This document shows positions 21,037-31,309 of a stretch of 64,000 nt of DNA, piece after piece (positions within the stretch are counted from its first letter, which is position 1; the number at the start of each line of letters is the position of its first letter). Made by a program: the position numbers and the translations under genes. This stretch comes from Bacillus subtilis subsp. subtilis str. 168 (GTDB lineage Bacteria; Bacillota; Bacilli; Bacillales; Bacillaceae), in assembly GCF_000009045.1 (NCBI RefSeq), contig NC_000964.3:1736001-1800000 (forward strand), written 5' to 3'. A model generated the notes under the pieces. The model saw only the letters and a program-made list of their open reading frames with translations. It was not told the origin of the DNA and did no database searches.

Positions 21037-22317
21037 ATGTCATATGTTAATGAACTCAAATCAAAGCACGGCGGTTTAACCGCACACATTGTAAAAACAG
21101 AAAAATTCAAAACCGTCTCGCTTATTTTTAAGATGCTTGCGCCGCTGACAAAGGATCAAGTCACCAAAAGAGCGCTTCTCCCGCATGTGCTTCTTCGCGG
21201 AACGAAAAGCCATCCGAAAACCGCAGGATTGCGTTCATACTTGGATGAGCTGTACGGCACGTCAGTATCGGCTGATCTTACGAAAAAAGGAGAGCGGCAT
21301 GTCATTACGTTCAGGCTTGAAATCCCGAATGAAAAATATTTAAAAGACCAAACGCCGCTTCTCGAGAAAGGGCTCCAGCTTCTCGCAGAACTCGTCTTTT
21401 CACCTGCTTTGGAGGGAGACGCTTTTCAGTCACAATATGTGGCTCAAGAAAAACGGACGCTTAAGCAAAGAATCCAAGCCGTCTATGATGATAAAATGCG
21501 TTATTCGAATTTAAGGCTGATACAGGAAATGTGCAAAAATGATCCTTACGCGCTTCATGTCAATGGTGAAATCGACGATGTCGATGACATTACGGCAGAG
21601 CAATTATACGAAACATACCAAAGCGCTATCCAAAAAGACCAGCTTGATCTATATGTTGTTGGCGACGTGGACAGTAACCAGGTACAATCGGCAATTGATA
21701 AGTATTTCAAAACAGAAGAGCGCACTCTTGGCATGATTGAAAACAATCACGCTGATGAAAAAGTTCAGCCAAAAGAAGTAATTGATGAAGAGGATGTCAA
21801 GCAAGGAAAACTGAATATCGGCTACCGCACCAGCATCACTTATACAGATCAGGATTATCCTGCTTTACAAGTGTTTAACGGATTGTTCGGCGGATTCTCT
21901 CATTCTAAACTTTTCATTAATGTTCGGGAAAAAGCCAGTCTTGCTTACTACGCGGCTTCGCGTATAGAAAGTTTTAAAGGCTTGTTAATGGTGATGTCAG
22001 GCATTGAAGTGAAAAATTTTGAACAGGCGGTTTCGATTATTGCTGAGCAATTCCAGGCAATGAAAAATGGCGATTTCAGTGAGCAGGATATAGCACAGAC
22101 AAAGGCCGTTATTCGAAATCAAGTGCTGGAAACGATTGATACAGCATACGGTTTATCTGAGTTTTTATATCAGCAGGCCGCTGCTCAAGTCGAGATTCCT
22201 ATCGAAGACTTTCTTGCCAATATTGAGAATGTCACAAAAGAGGATATCATTAAAGCCGGCGAAAAGATTCAGCTTGATACGACTTATTTCTTAAAAGGGA
22301 CGGAGGGTGCATCTTGA
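21037..22317 (+). CDS. ymfF: M16-family peptidase-like protein lacking the catalytic motif
   Basis: M16 fold (GGFSHSKLFINVREKASLAY) but no HXXEH. Confidence 0.88.
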   Translation: MSYVNELKSKHGGLTAHIVKTEKFKTVSLIFKMLAPLTKDQVTKRALLPHVLLRGTKSHPKTAGLRSYLDELYGTSVSADLTKKGERHVITFRLEIPNEKYLKDQTPLLEKGLQLLAELVFSPALEGDAFQSQYVAQEKRTLKQRIQAVYDDKMRYSNLRLIQEMCKNDPYALHVNGEIDDVDDITAEQLYETYQSAIQKDQLDLYVVGDVDSNQVQSAIDKYFKTEERTLGMIENNHADEKVQPKEVIDEEDVKQGKLNIGYRTSITYTDQDYPALQVFNGLFGGFSHSKLFINVREKASLAYYAASRIESFKGLLMVMSGIEVKNFEQAVSIIAEQFQAMKNGDFSEQDIAQTKAVIRNQVLETIDTAYGLSEFLYQQAAAQVEIPIEDFLANIENVTKEDIIKAGEKIQLDTTYFLKGTEGAS

Positions 22318-23600
22318 TCAAACCAATCGAATATGAACAGCTTCAGGAGACGCTGTATCATGAAAAAATGTCCAACGGCCTTGATGTTTACGTTTTGCCG
22401 AAAAAAGGCTTCAACAAGACATATGCGGTCTTTACAACAAAGTACGGCTCGATAGATAACCGGTTTGTCCCTTTAGGTAAAAACGAGATGGTTCACGTGC
22501 CGGACGGGATTGCTCACTTTCTTGAGCACAAGCTGTTTGAGAAAGCGGACGGAGACGTTTTTCAAGATTTCAGCAAACAGGGGGCTTCTGCCAATGCGTT
22601 TACGTCATTTACAAGAACGGCTTACCTTTTCTCAAGCACATCAAATGTTGAACGCAATTTAGAGACGCTTATCGATTTCGTACAGGACCCATATTTTACT
22701 GAAAAAACGGTTGAAAAGGAAAAAGGGATTATCGGGCAGGAGATTAATATGTACGACGATAACCCTGATTGGAGGCTTTACTTCGGGGTCATTGAAAACA
22801 TGTACAAAGAGCATCCTGTCAGAATTGACATAGCGGGAACAGTGGAAAGCATTTCACATATTACAAAAGACCTTCTTTATGAATGCTATGAAACGTTTTA
22901 TCACCCGAGTAACATGCTCCTTTTCATTGTCGGCCCTGTAGATCCTGAAGCGATTATTTCTCAGGTAAGAGAAAACCAGGGGAAAAAGCCGTATACTGAT
23001 CAGCCGGAGATCAAACGAGAAGAAGTGAAAGAGCAAGAAGCGGTTTTCCGAAAAGAAAAAGAGATCAAAATGAACGTGCAGGGACCGAAATGCCTTGTTG
23101 GGCTGAAATCCAAAAATCCGTTTAAATTAGGCAAAGAGCTCTTAAAGCATGAACTTTCAATGAACTTATTGCTTGAAGCTCTTTTTGGCAAAAGCTCTGC
23201 CCAGTATGAATCACTTTATGAAAAAGGATATATTGACGAAACGTTCAGCTTTGATTTTACTGCTGAATATGGGTTCGGTTTTGCGGCGATCGGCGGAGAT
23301 ACGCCTGAGCCTGATCAATTGGCTGAAGACATTTCAAGCATGCTTTTGCGCGCCGGTGAACTGATTACTGCTGAAAAGATTGAACTTGCCAGAAAGAAAA
23401 AGATCGGCACATTCTTAAAAGCGCTGAATTCCCCTGAATACATCGCCAATCAATTTACCCGTTATGCGTTCTTGGATATGAGCCTGTTTGATGTTGTAAC
23501 GGTACTCGAGCAGATTACCCTCGAGGATGTCCAGAACGTAATACAAGAGGAAATCGCTGCAGACAGACTGACTGTCTGCAAGGTTGTTCCTAAATCATAA
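22314..23600 (+). CDS. ymfH: M16-family zinc peptidase
   Basis: AHFLEHKLF, ANAFTSFTRT, EKEKGIIGQEI; TTG start overlaps ymfF TGA. Confidence 0.9.
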   Translation: MIKPIEYEQLQETLYHEKMSNGLDVYVLPKKGFNKTYAVFTTKYGSIDNRFVPLGKNEMVHVPDGIAHFLEHKLFEKADGDVFQDFSKQGASANAFTSFTRTAYLFSSTSNVERNLETLIDFVQDPYFTEKTVEKEKGIIGQEINMYDDNPDWRLYFGVIENMYKEHPVRIDIAGTVESISHITKDLLYECYETFYHPSNMLLFIVGPVDPEAIISQVRENQGKKPYTDQPEIKREEVKEQEAVFRKEKEIKMNVQGPKCLVGLKSKNPFKLGKELLKHELSMNLLLEALFGKSSAQYESLYEKGYIDETFSFDFTAEYGFGFAAIGGDTPEPDQLAEDISSMLLRAGELITAEKIELARKKKIGTFLKALNSPEYIANQFTRYAFLDMSLFDVVTVLEQITLEDVQNVIQEEIAADRLTVCKVVPKS

Positions 23601-23654
23601 ACAAAACATCCCTCCAGTGTGAGGGGTGTTTTTCTGCGGAAAGAAGGAAAGAGG

Positions 23655-24383
23655 ATGAACAAAACAGCACTAATCACCGGAGCAAGCGGCGGCATTGGCA
23701 AAAGCATCAGCGAAACCCTTGCAGCTAGAGGATACAATCTGCTGCTGCATTACAATACAAATCAAAACGCGGCAGCGGAGCTTGCTGAAAAACTAAGTCA
23801 GATGTTTGGCGTAAATGCGGAGATATTACAAGCTGACCTGTCCGCGCAAGATGGAGCAGATAAGCTGACAAGTTCAATTGTTCAGCCGATTGATGCGATT
23901 GTTTTAAACAGCGGACGAAGCCATTTTGGGCTGATTACGGATGTAGATAACGCAACGGTCCAGGAAATGGTTCAGCTTCATGTGGCGAGTCCGTATATGC
24001 TGACGAGAAACCTTCTGCCAGGCATGATTCGGAATAAATCGGGAGCGATTGTGGCTGTCAGCTCGATTTGGGGAGAGACTGGAGCATCCTGTGAAGTGTT
24101 GTACAGCATGGCAAAAGGAGCTCAGCATTCATTTGTAAAAGGATTGGCTAAGGAGCTGGCGCCAAGCGGAATCAGAGTAAACGCCGTAGCGCCGGGTGCA
24201 GTTGATACAAATATGATGAATCAATTTACCCCGGCTGAAAAAGAAGAGATCGCTGATGAGATTCCGATCGGCCGGCTGGCCCGGCCGCAAGAAATTGCGG
24301 ATGCAACAGCTTTTCTCCTGTCTGAAAAAGCGTCATATATCACCGGCCAAATTCTGTCGGTGAATGGCGGCTGGCACTGCTGA
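23655..24383 (+). CDS. ymfI: SDR reductase (EF-P 5-aminopentanone reductase)
   Basis: TGASGGIG, SSIWG, YSMAK (YxxxK), VNAVAPG; EF-P role from established knowledge. Confidence 0.88.
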   Translation: MNKTALITGASGGIGKSISETLAARGYNLLLHYNTNQNAAAELAEKLSQMFGVNAEILQADLSAQDGADKLTSSIVQPIDAIVLNSGRSHFGLITDVDNATVQEMVQLHVASPYMLTRNLLPGMIRNKSGAIVAVSSIWGETGASCEVLYSMAKGAQHSFVKGLAKELAPSGIRVNAVAPGAVDTNMMNQFTPAEKEEIADEIPIGRLARPQEIADATAFLLSEKASYITGQILSVNGGWHC

Positions 24384-24399
24384 TCCGAAAATATTCGGT

Positions 24400-24427
24400 G
24401 TATAGTTTCTTTTGCGAAGGACACAAT
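24400..24427 (+). promoter_or_regulatory. Putative SigF promoter of ymfJ
   Basis: GTATA-14 bp-GGACACAAT resembles GYWTA-N15-GGnnAnAnT. Confidence 0.6.
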
Positions 24428-24463
24428 AATCTTGTAACTTCACATGAAATGGAGGAAACAAGC

Positions 24464-24721
24464 ATGTCAGTATTAGAAAACTGGGATAGCTGGAAAAACT
24501 TCCTTGGCGACCGTCTGAACTATGCGCAAGATAAAGGTATGAGCCAGGATACGATTACAGATCTTGCGACAGAAATCGGCAGCTACTTGGCTAATGAAGT
24601 GGAATCTAAGAACGAGCAGGAAAAAGTGCTGGCAGATCTTTGGAGTGTAGCATCAAAAGATGAACAGCACGCCATTGCCAATATGATGGTTAAGCTTGTT
24701 GAAAATAACAGCACTCACTAG
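24464..24721 (+). CDS. ymfJ: Small conserved Bacillales protein (DUF3243-like)
   Basis: MSVLENWDSWKNFLGDRL...NEQEKVLADLWSVA; SD GGAGG. Confidence 0.85.
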   Translation: MSVLENWDSWKNFLGDRLNYAQDKGMSQDTITDLATEIGSYLANEVESKNEQEKVLADLWSVASKDEQHAIANMMVKLVENNSTH

Positions 24722-24722
24722 G

Positions 24723-24750
24723 AAGAGAGGGGATTTTTCCTCTCTTTTTT
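24723..24750 (+). terminator. Terminator after ymfJ
   Basis: AAGAGAGG...CCTCTCTT-TTTT. Confidence 0.75.
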
Positions 24751-24850
24751 ATGTTTTCCTCATCACAGCAACATTCTTCTTTCTAATTAGAGAAAAATGC
24801 TTTATGATAAAGGAAGGTAAAATTTTGCCACAATGAAGGGGGTATATCAT

Positions 24851-25640
24851 TTGGCAAAGCTCGAATGGTATTTTGAATATGAAATTCAAGTGAACCGCCC
24901 CGGACTGCTCGGGGATATTTCATCTCTTCTTGGGATGCTTTCTATCAACATCGTAACGATAAACGGCGTCGATCTTTCCAGAAGGGGAATGCTCCTCAGG
25001 TGCCGCCATATAGATCAAATTAAACGATTAGAATCAATCTTAAAAACGATGGAAACAATTAAAGTAACGAAGCTTAGAGAACCGAGGCTTCGCGACCGTC
25101 TTGCCGTACGCCACGGCCGTTATATTCAACGGGATGCCGATGACAAGAAAACGTTCCGCTTTGAACGGGACGAGCTTGGCTTATTAGTCGATTTTATGGC
25201 CGAATTGTTCAAAAAAGAAGGCCATAAATTAATCGGAATCAGAGGTATGCCGCGTGTCGGGAAAACGGAATCGATTGTAGCCTCTAGTGTGTGCGAGCAA
25301 AAGGTGGCTGTTTGTGTCATCAACCTTGCTGAAGCAGACGATAAGAAGCCAGCTGATTGCCGATGAATACAGCACTGAAAATGTCTTTATCGTTGACGGA
25401 ATTGTGTCAACACGAAGAGGGTCAGAACGCCATCTCCAGCTGGTCCGAGAAATCATGCGGCTGCCTGCAACAAAAGTGGTGGAGCATCCGGACATATTCG
25501 TTCAAAATACAGAGTATACACTAGATGACTTTGATTATATTATTGAACTGAGAAATGACCCTGATGAGGTTATTACATATGAACATGCCGAGGAACCCCA
25601 AATGTTTGATCAATCCGGGTTTTCAAGCTTTGATTTTTAA
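24851..25640 (+). pseudogene. ymfK: Frameshifted ACT-domain/P-loop protein (DUF3388-like)
   Basis: ORF1 (ACT-like N-terminus, Walker A GMPRVGKT) and ORF2 (CASKRWLFVSST...) overlap in different frames at AGTGTGTGC 25286-25294; restoring one GT gives a 263-aa continuous ORF. Confidence 0.85.
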
Positions 25641-25658
25641 AATTGGAAGGTGTTTGTT

Positions 25659-26573
25659 GTGACTGAACTAGGAATCCGGCTCAAAGAAGCCAGAGAGGAA
25701 AAAGCAATGTCATTGGATGATCTCCAAGCGGCAACAAAGATTCAAAAAAGGTATTTAACCGCCTTGGAGGAAGGAAACTATGACATTATTCCGGGGAAGT
25801 TTTATGTTCGGGCATTCATCAAGCAATATGCAGAAGCCGTTGGGCTTGATGCGGATCAGCTGTTTGAGGAGCATAAAAAAGATATCCCTAATACGTATCA
25901 TGATGATGTGTCTGAAAAGATCTCCGGCATGAATCTTCAAAAGGAAATGCCAAAGCCAGCATCTAAGGCGCTGGAGCTGCTGCCAACAATACTTGTTATT
26001 CTCGGCGTGATTGTCGTGATTGCCATTGTGTACGCGATCATTCAATTTGCCAATCACAAAAACAGTGATGATCACAATGCGGCATCAGAAAAAGCAATTA
26101 CGCAAAGTGAGAGCAAGTACGAAATCCCTAAAGATTCAACGCTGAAAGAGAATCAAAATAACAGCTCTGAAAAAGAGACAGACACTAAAAAAGAAACGAA
26201 AGAAAACGAAGATAAGAAAAAAGAAAATGACAGTGAGAAGCTGGAGATTAAAGCTGCTGGCACTGAAGGATCGTTAACGACTTATGAAGTGTCCGGCGCT
26301 GATAAAATCGAGCTGGAACTGAAGGCATCAGACAGCTCCTGGATTAGAGTGCGCGATGAAAACAGCAGCTCTTTAAAAGAAGGAACGCTGAAAAAAGACG
26401 AAACCTATAAAAAAGACATAACTGATCAGAAACAAGTTGATATCCGCACCGGATATGCACCTAATCTGAAAATAAAAATCAACGGTAAGGTTCTTTCATA
26501 TGAACTTGATCCGAAAAAAGTGATGGCACAAACCATAAAGATTGTAAATAAAAAGGAAGAAAAGTCATCTTAA
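25659..26573 (+). CDS. rodZ: Cell-shape protein RodZ
   Basis: HTH (LKEAREEK...TKIQKRYLTALEEG, FYVRAFIKQYA), single TM, extracellular C-terminal domain; upstream of pgsA; start 25659 or 25650. Confidence 0.93.
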   Translation: MTELGIRLKEAREEKAMSLDDLQAATKIQKRYLTALEEGNYDIIPGKFYVRAFIKQYAEAVGLDADQLFEEHKKDIPNTYHDDVSEKISGMNLQKEMPKPASKALELLPTILVILGVIVVIAIVYAIIQFANHKNSDDHNAASEKAITQSESKYEIPKDSTLKENQNNSSEKETDTKKETKENEDKKKENDSEKLEIKAAGTEGSLTTYEVSGADKIELELKASDSSWIRVRDENSSSLKEGTLKKDETYKKDITDQKQVDIRTGYAPNLKIKINGKVLSYELDPKKVMAQTIKIVNKKEEKSS

Positions 26574-26622
26574 TTACCAGATGACTTTTCTTCACGTCCG
26601 AGTATGAAATTGGAGGGGCTTT

Positions 26623-27204
26623 ATGTTTAACTTACCAAATAAAATCACACTAGCTAGAATCGCATTAATCCCAATCTTCATGATTATCATGCTGGCGCCG
26701 TTTGACTGGGGCAGGCTCGAAGTTGGAGACGAATCCATCCCGGTCGCACATTTGGCGGGGGCCATTCTATTTATTATTGCATCTACAACAGACTGGGTGG
26801 ACGGGTATTATGCCCGAAAATTAAATCTCGTAACAAACTTCGGGAAATTTCTTGATCCGCTTGCGGACAAACTGCTCGTATCCGCAGCGTTAATTATCCT
26901 TGTTCAATTTGATCTCGCTCCAGCTTGGATGGTCATTGTGATTATCAGCAGGGAGTTTGCCGTGACAGGTTTAAGGCTTGTCTTAGCCGGAACAGGAGAA
27001 GTCGTAGCTGCTAACATGCTTGGTAAAATCAAAACCTGGGCACAGATTATTGCGGTATCTGCATTGCTTCTTCATAATCTTCCATTTGAACTTGTGTCAT
27101 TCCCGTTTGCAGACTTGGCGCTGTGGGTAGCCGTCTTCTTTACTGTCGTCTCAGGCTGGGAATATTTCTCTAAAAATTGGGAAGCGTTAAAAACATCTAA
27201 CTAA
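26623..27204 (+). CDS. pgsA: CDP-diacylglycerol--glycerol-3-phosphate 3-phosphatidyltransferase
   Basis: [17 protein letters not shown]...[11 protein letters not shown]. Confidence 0.98.
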   Translation: MFNLPNKITLARIALIPIFMIIMLAPFDWGRLEVGDESIPVAHLAGAILFIIASTTDWVDGYYARKLNLVTNFGKFLDPLADKLLVSAALIILVQFDLAPAWMVIVIISREFAVTGLRLVLAGTGEVVAANMLGKIKTWAQIIAVSALLLHNLPFELVSFPFADLALWVAVFFTVVSGWEYFSKNWEALKTSN

Positions 27205-27221
27205 GAAAGAAGGACTTCGTC

Positions 27222-28472
27222 ATGGAATTTCCAAAAAAAGCAGAAATAATTGCAGTCGGTTCAGAGTTGCTGCTTGGTCAAATCGCCAATACAAATGCTC
27301 AATTTATCAGCAAACAGCTCGCTGAAATCGGGGTCAACGTATTTTATCATACAGCGGTCGGAGATAACCCGGAGCGGCTGAAGCAGGTCATCCGCATTGC
27401 TGAAGAACGCTCTGACTTCATTATTTTTTCAGGAGGGCTTGGACCCACAAAAGATGATCTGACGAAAGAAACGATTGCAAATACGCTGGGACGTCCGCTT
27501 GTGTTAAATGATGAGGCATTCCAATCCATTGAGGACTATTTCAAACGAACAAAACGCACGATGTCACCTAATAACCGAAAACAGGCGCTTGTGATCGAAG
27601 GCTCTGACGTGCTGGCGAATCACTTTGGAATGGCCCCGGGAATGCTCACAGAGCATGAATCGCGCTATTATATGCTTCTTCCTGGACCGCCGAGCGAATT
27701 GCGTCCAATGTTTGAAAACGAGGCAAAGCCTCTTCTGCTGAAAAAGATGGGTTCAAATGAAAAAATTGTGTCAACTGTTCTTCGCTTTTTCGGTATCGGT
27801 GAATCTCAGCTTGAAGCCGATTTGGAAGATATTATTGATGCACAAACCAATCCGACAATTGCGCCTTTGGCGGCTGATGGAGAGGTGACGCTGCGTCTGA
27901 CAGCCAAACACGCCGATGAAAAGGAAACAGAGCGTCTGTTAAAAGAAACAGAGGCCGTTATCTTAGAGCGTGTCGGTGAATTTTTCTATGGTTACGATGA
28001 TACTTCTCTTGTAAAAGAGCTATCTATAGCATGTAAGGAAAAAGGCATAACAATTTCTGCGGCAGAAAGCTTTACCGGAGGGCTGTTTTCTGAATGGCTG
28101 ACGGATCATAGCGGTGCCTCAAAATTATTTGCCGGGGGCGTTGTTTGCTATACAAACGACGTGAAGCAGAATGTGCTTGGTGTCAAGAAGGAAACATTAG
28201 ATCGTTTTGGGGCGGTCAGCAAGGAGTGCGCATCCGAACTGGCTAAGGGTGTTCAAAAACTCACTGGCAGCGATATCGGCATTAGCTTTACTGGTGTAGC
28301 AGGACCTGATGCTCAAGAAGGGCATGAGCCTGGGCATGTGTTTATCGGCATTTCCGCAAATGGTAAAGAAGAGGTTCACGAGTTTCACTTTGCGGGCTCC
28401 AGAACGGGGATCAGAAAACGCGGCGCTAAATACGGCTGCCATTTAATCTTAAAGCTTTTAGAGCAAAAATAA
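27222..28472 (+). CDS. cinA: Competence/damage-inducible protein CinA
   Basis: [33 protein letters not shown]; C-terminal AESFTGG...TGVAGP. Confidence 0.95.
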   Translation: MEFPKKAEIIAVGSELLLGQIANTNAQFISKQLAEIGVNVFYHTAVGDNPERLKQVIRIAEERSDFIIFSGGLGPTKDDLTKETIANTLGRPLVLNDEAFQSIEDYFKRTKRTMSPNNRKQALVIEGSDVLANHFGMAPGMLTEHESRYYMLLPGPPSELRPMFENEAKPLLLKKMGSNEKIVSTVLRFFGIGESQLEADLEDIIDAQTNPTIAPLAADGEVTLRLTAKHADEKETERLLKETEAVILERVGEFFYGYDDTSLVKELSIACKEKGITISAAESFTGGLFSEWLTDHSGASKLFAGGVVCYTNDVKQNVLGVKKETLDRFGAVSKECASELAKGVQKLTGSDIGISFTGVAGPDAQEGHEPGHVFIGISANGKEEVHEFHFAGSRTGIRKRGAKYGCHLILKLLEQK

Positions 28473-28511
28473 TATTTTCAGCACATTATCCTCCTAAGAA
28501 AACATGATTTC
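28466..28511 (+). promoter_or_regulatory. Putative ComK AT-box pair upstream of recA
   Basis: AAAATAATATTTT (28466-78) and AAAACATGATTTC (28499-511), starts 33 bp apart; ComK activation of recA is established. Confidence 0.55.
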
Positions 28512-28558
28512 TCTGATACATTATGATATTTTGATAGGAATCACGCCAAGAAAAAATC

Positions 28559-28572
28559 CGAATATGCGTTCG
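28559..28572 (+). promoter_or_regulatory. SOS box (LexA/DinR operator)
   Basis: CGAATATGCGTTCG matches CGAAC-N4-GTTCG with one mismatch, just upstream of the -35. Confidence 0.9.
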
Positions 28573-28580
28573 CTTTTTTC

Positions 28581-28609
28581 TTGGCAAATCCCTTCAAACA
28601 GGGTATAGT
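28581..28609 (+). promoter_or_regulatory. SigA promoter of recA
   Basis: TTGGCA-17 bp-TATAGT. Confidence 0.8.
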
Positions 28610-28644
28610 ATATGTAGTGGTAACATAAAGGAGGAAAAAATAGA

Positions 28645-29691
28645 ATGAGTGATCGTCAGGCAGCCTTAGATATGGCTCTTAAACAAATAGAAAAACAGTT
28701 CGGCAAAGGTTCCATTATGAAACTGGGAGAAAAGACAGATACAAGAATTTCTACTGTACCAAGCGGCTCCCTCGCTCTTGATACAGCACTGGGAATTGGC
28801 GGATATCCTCGCGGACGGATTATTGAAGTATACGGTCCTGAAAGCTCAGGTAAAACAACTGTGGCGCTTCATGCGATTGCTGAAGTTCAGCAGCAGGGCG
28901 GACAAGCCGCGTTTATCGATGCGGAGCATGCGTTAGATCCGGTATACGCGCAAAAGCTCGGTGTTAACATCGAAGAGCTTTTACTGTCTCAGCCTGACAC
29001 AGGCGAGCAGGCGCTTGAAATTGCGGAAGCATTGGTTCGAAGCGGGGCAGTTGACATTGTCGTTGTCGACTCTGTAGCCGCTCTCGTTCCGAAAGCGGAA
29101 ATTGAAGGCGACATGGGAGATTCGCATGTCGGTTTACAAGCACGCTTAATGTCTCAAGCGCTTCGTAAGCTTTCAGGGGCCATTAACAAATCGAAGACAA
29201 TCGCGATTTTCATTAACCAAATTCGTGAAAAAGTCGGTGTTATGTTCGGGAACCCGGAAACAACACCTGGCGGCCGTGCGTTGAAATTCTATTCTTCCGT
29301 GCGTCTTGAAGTGCGCCGTGCTGAACAGCTGAAACAAGGCAACGACGTAATGGGGAACAAAACGAAAATCAAAGTCGTGAAAAACAAGGTGGCTCCGCCG
29401 TTCCGTACAGCCGAGGTTGACATTATGTACGGAGAAGGCATTTCAAAAGAAGGCGAAATCATTGATCTAGGAACTGAACTTGATATCGTGCAAAAAAGCG
29501 GTTCATGGTACTCTTATGAAGAAGAGCGTCTTGGCCAAGGCCGTGAAAATGCAAAACAATTCCTGAAAGAAAATAAAGATATCATGCTGATGATCCAGGA
29601 GCAAATTCGCGAACATTACGGCTTGGATAATAACGGAGTAGTGCAGCAGCAAGCTGAAGAGACACAAGAAGAACTCGAATTTGAAGAATAA
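28645..29691 (+). CDS. recA: Recombinase RecA
   Basis: [35 protein letters not shown]. Confidence 0.99.
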
Positions 29692-29716
29692 AAATAAAAT
29701 AAGTTTCAAATGATAC

Positions 29717-29746
29717 AAAAGGCTGAGTGAAAAACTCAGCTTTTTT
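29717..29746 (+). terminator. Terminator after recA
   Basis: AAAAG-GCTGAGT-GAAAA-ACTCAGC-TTTTTT. Confidence 0.88.
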
Positions 29747-29783
29747 GTATTTTGCAAAAAAATGATAAAAATATTGCTTTTTT

Positions 29784-29811
29784 TGACAACTTTTTTAGGG
29801 CTTTATTCGTC
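29784..29811 (+). promoter_or_regulatory. ECF sigma (SigX/M/V/W-type) promoter of pbpX
   Basis: TGACAAC-17 bp (starting with a T6 tract)-CGTC. Confidence 0.75.
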
Positions 29812-29858
29812 TAACAAAACGTGTGCAAAATGGAATTTATTTTGGGAGGAAAAAATGA

Positions 29859-31034
29859 ATGACAAGCCCAACCCGCAGAAGAACTGCGAAACGCAGACGG
29901 AGAAAACTAAATAAAAGAGGAAAACTGTTGTTTGGTCTTTTAGCAGTGATGGTTTGCATTACGATTTGGAATGCTCTTCATCGAAATAGTGAAGAAAACG
30001 AACCATCTCAAGAAACTGCAGCGGTTTCAAATACCGATCAGAAAAAAGAGGTCAAAAAGAAAACTGCCAAAAAATCAGAGGAACAAATCAAAACAGTGGA
30101 TCGAAACCAAAAAATCAGCAATTATTTAAAAGAGATCGGTTTCAGCGGAACAGCCATGATTGTCAGAAATGGAGAAATCGTAACAAATAAAGGTTTTGGC
30201 TATGCTGACCGTAAACACTACATTCAAAATAATCCATTGACATCTTTTTATGTCGGTTCATCACAAAAAGCGCTGATTGCAACTGCTATTTTGCAGCTTG
30301 AGGAAAAGGGGAAACTTCAGACAAGTGATCCGGTAAGCACGTATTTACCTCATTTTCCCAACGGACAAACGATTACTTTGAAGAATCTGCTTACACATAC
30401 ATCGGGGATAAACGGACATATTGAAGGAAACGGCGCCATTACTCCGGACGATTTAATAAAAGATATAGAACTTCAGGGAATCAAACGTCAGCCGGGCGTA
30501 TGGGACTACAAGGATTCCAACTATTCTGTTCTTGCTTATATTATTGCTGAAGTAAGCGGTGAGCCCTATGAACAGTACATAAAGAATCATATTTTTAAAC
30601 CTGCGGGAATGACGCATGCAGGCTTTTACAAAACATATGAAAAAGAACCTTATCCTGCCGTCGGGTATAAGATGGAGGGCAGCAAAACAGTTACACCGTA
30701 TATACCTGATTTATCCCAGCTGTATGGAGCGGGTGATATTTATATGAGCGCTATAGATATGTACAAATTTGACCAAGCGCTGATAGACGGAAAACTGTAT
30801 TCGCAAAAAAGCTATGAAAAGATGTTTACGCCAGGGAGCAGCTCCACATACGGCATGGGATTTTATGTTGCTCCCGGAAGCTATTCAAACCATGGTGTTA
30901 TGCCGGGCTTCAATATCTTGAACAGCTTTAGCAAATCTGGGCAAACCATTGTTATTTTGTTCTCAAACATTCAAAATAATGCTAAATTGGGCCAAGTGAA
31001 CAATAAAATATACCAGCTTCTAAATCAAGAATGA
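29859..31034 (+). CDS. pbpX: Serine beta-lactamase/PBP-like protein PbpX
   Basis: Basic N-terminus plus TM anchor; SSQK (SxxK), YKDSNY, NHG motifs. Confidence 0.9.
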   Translation: MTSPTRRRTAKRRRRKLNKRGKLLFGLLAVMVCITIWNALHRNSEENEPSQETAAVSNTDQKKEVKKKTAKKSEEQIKTVDRNQKISNYLKEIGFSGTAMIVRNGEIVTNKGFGYADRKHYIQNNPLTSFYVGSSQKALIATAILQLEEKGKLQTSDPVSTYLPHFPNGQTITLKNLLTHTSGINGHIEGNGAITPDDLIKDIELQGIKRQPGVWDYKDSNYSVLAYIIAEVSGEPYEQYIKNHIFKPAGMTHAGFYKTYEKEPYPAVGYKMEGSKTVTPYIPDLSQLYGAGDIYMSAIDMYKFDQALIDGKLYSQKSYEKMFTPGSSSTYGMGFYVAPGSYSNHGVMPGFNILNSFSKSGQTIVILFSNIQNNAKLGQVNNKIYQLLNQE

Positions 31035-31110
31035 TTGGCGATCTTCTTTTGGATGAATTGCATTCGGCACGTGAAAAGAAGACTGGCCTGCAAACGTTAA
31101 GATGGCAAGC

Positions 31111-31139
31111 TTGACAAGTATTTCCGACACATTTACAAT
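31111..31139 (+). promoter_or_regulatory. SigA promoter of rny
   Basis: TTGACA-17 bp-TACAAT; implies about 165-nt 5' UTR. Confidence 0.85.
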
Positions 31140-31309
31140 GAAGTTGTAACATTTGTTTTTTTAACATGATTGTTAAACCATTTAAACTTGACAAGGGCGA
31201 TGAACACACTCATTCCCTGTGAAGGTTCTGTATGTTGAGAAAACTAGACAATGTACATGCCGACACTTTTTAAGCAACAACCAAGTTCATAGCAAGAGGA
31301 GGTGAAAGT

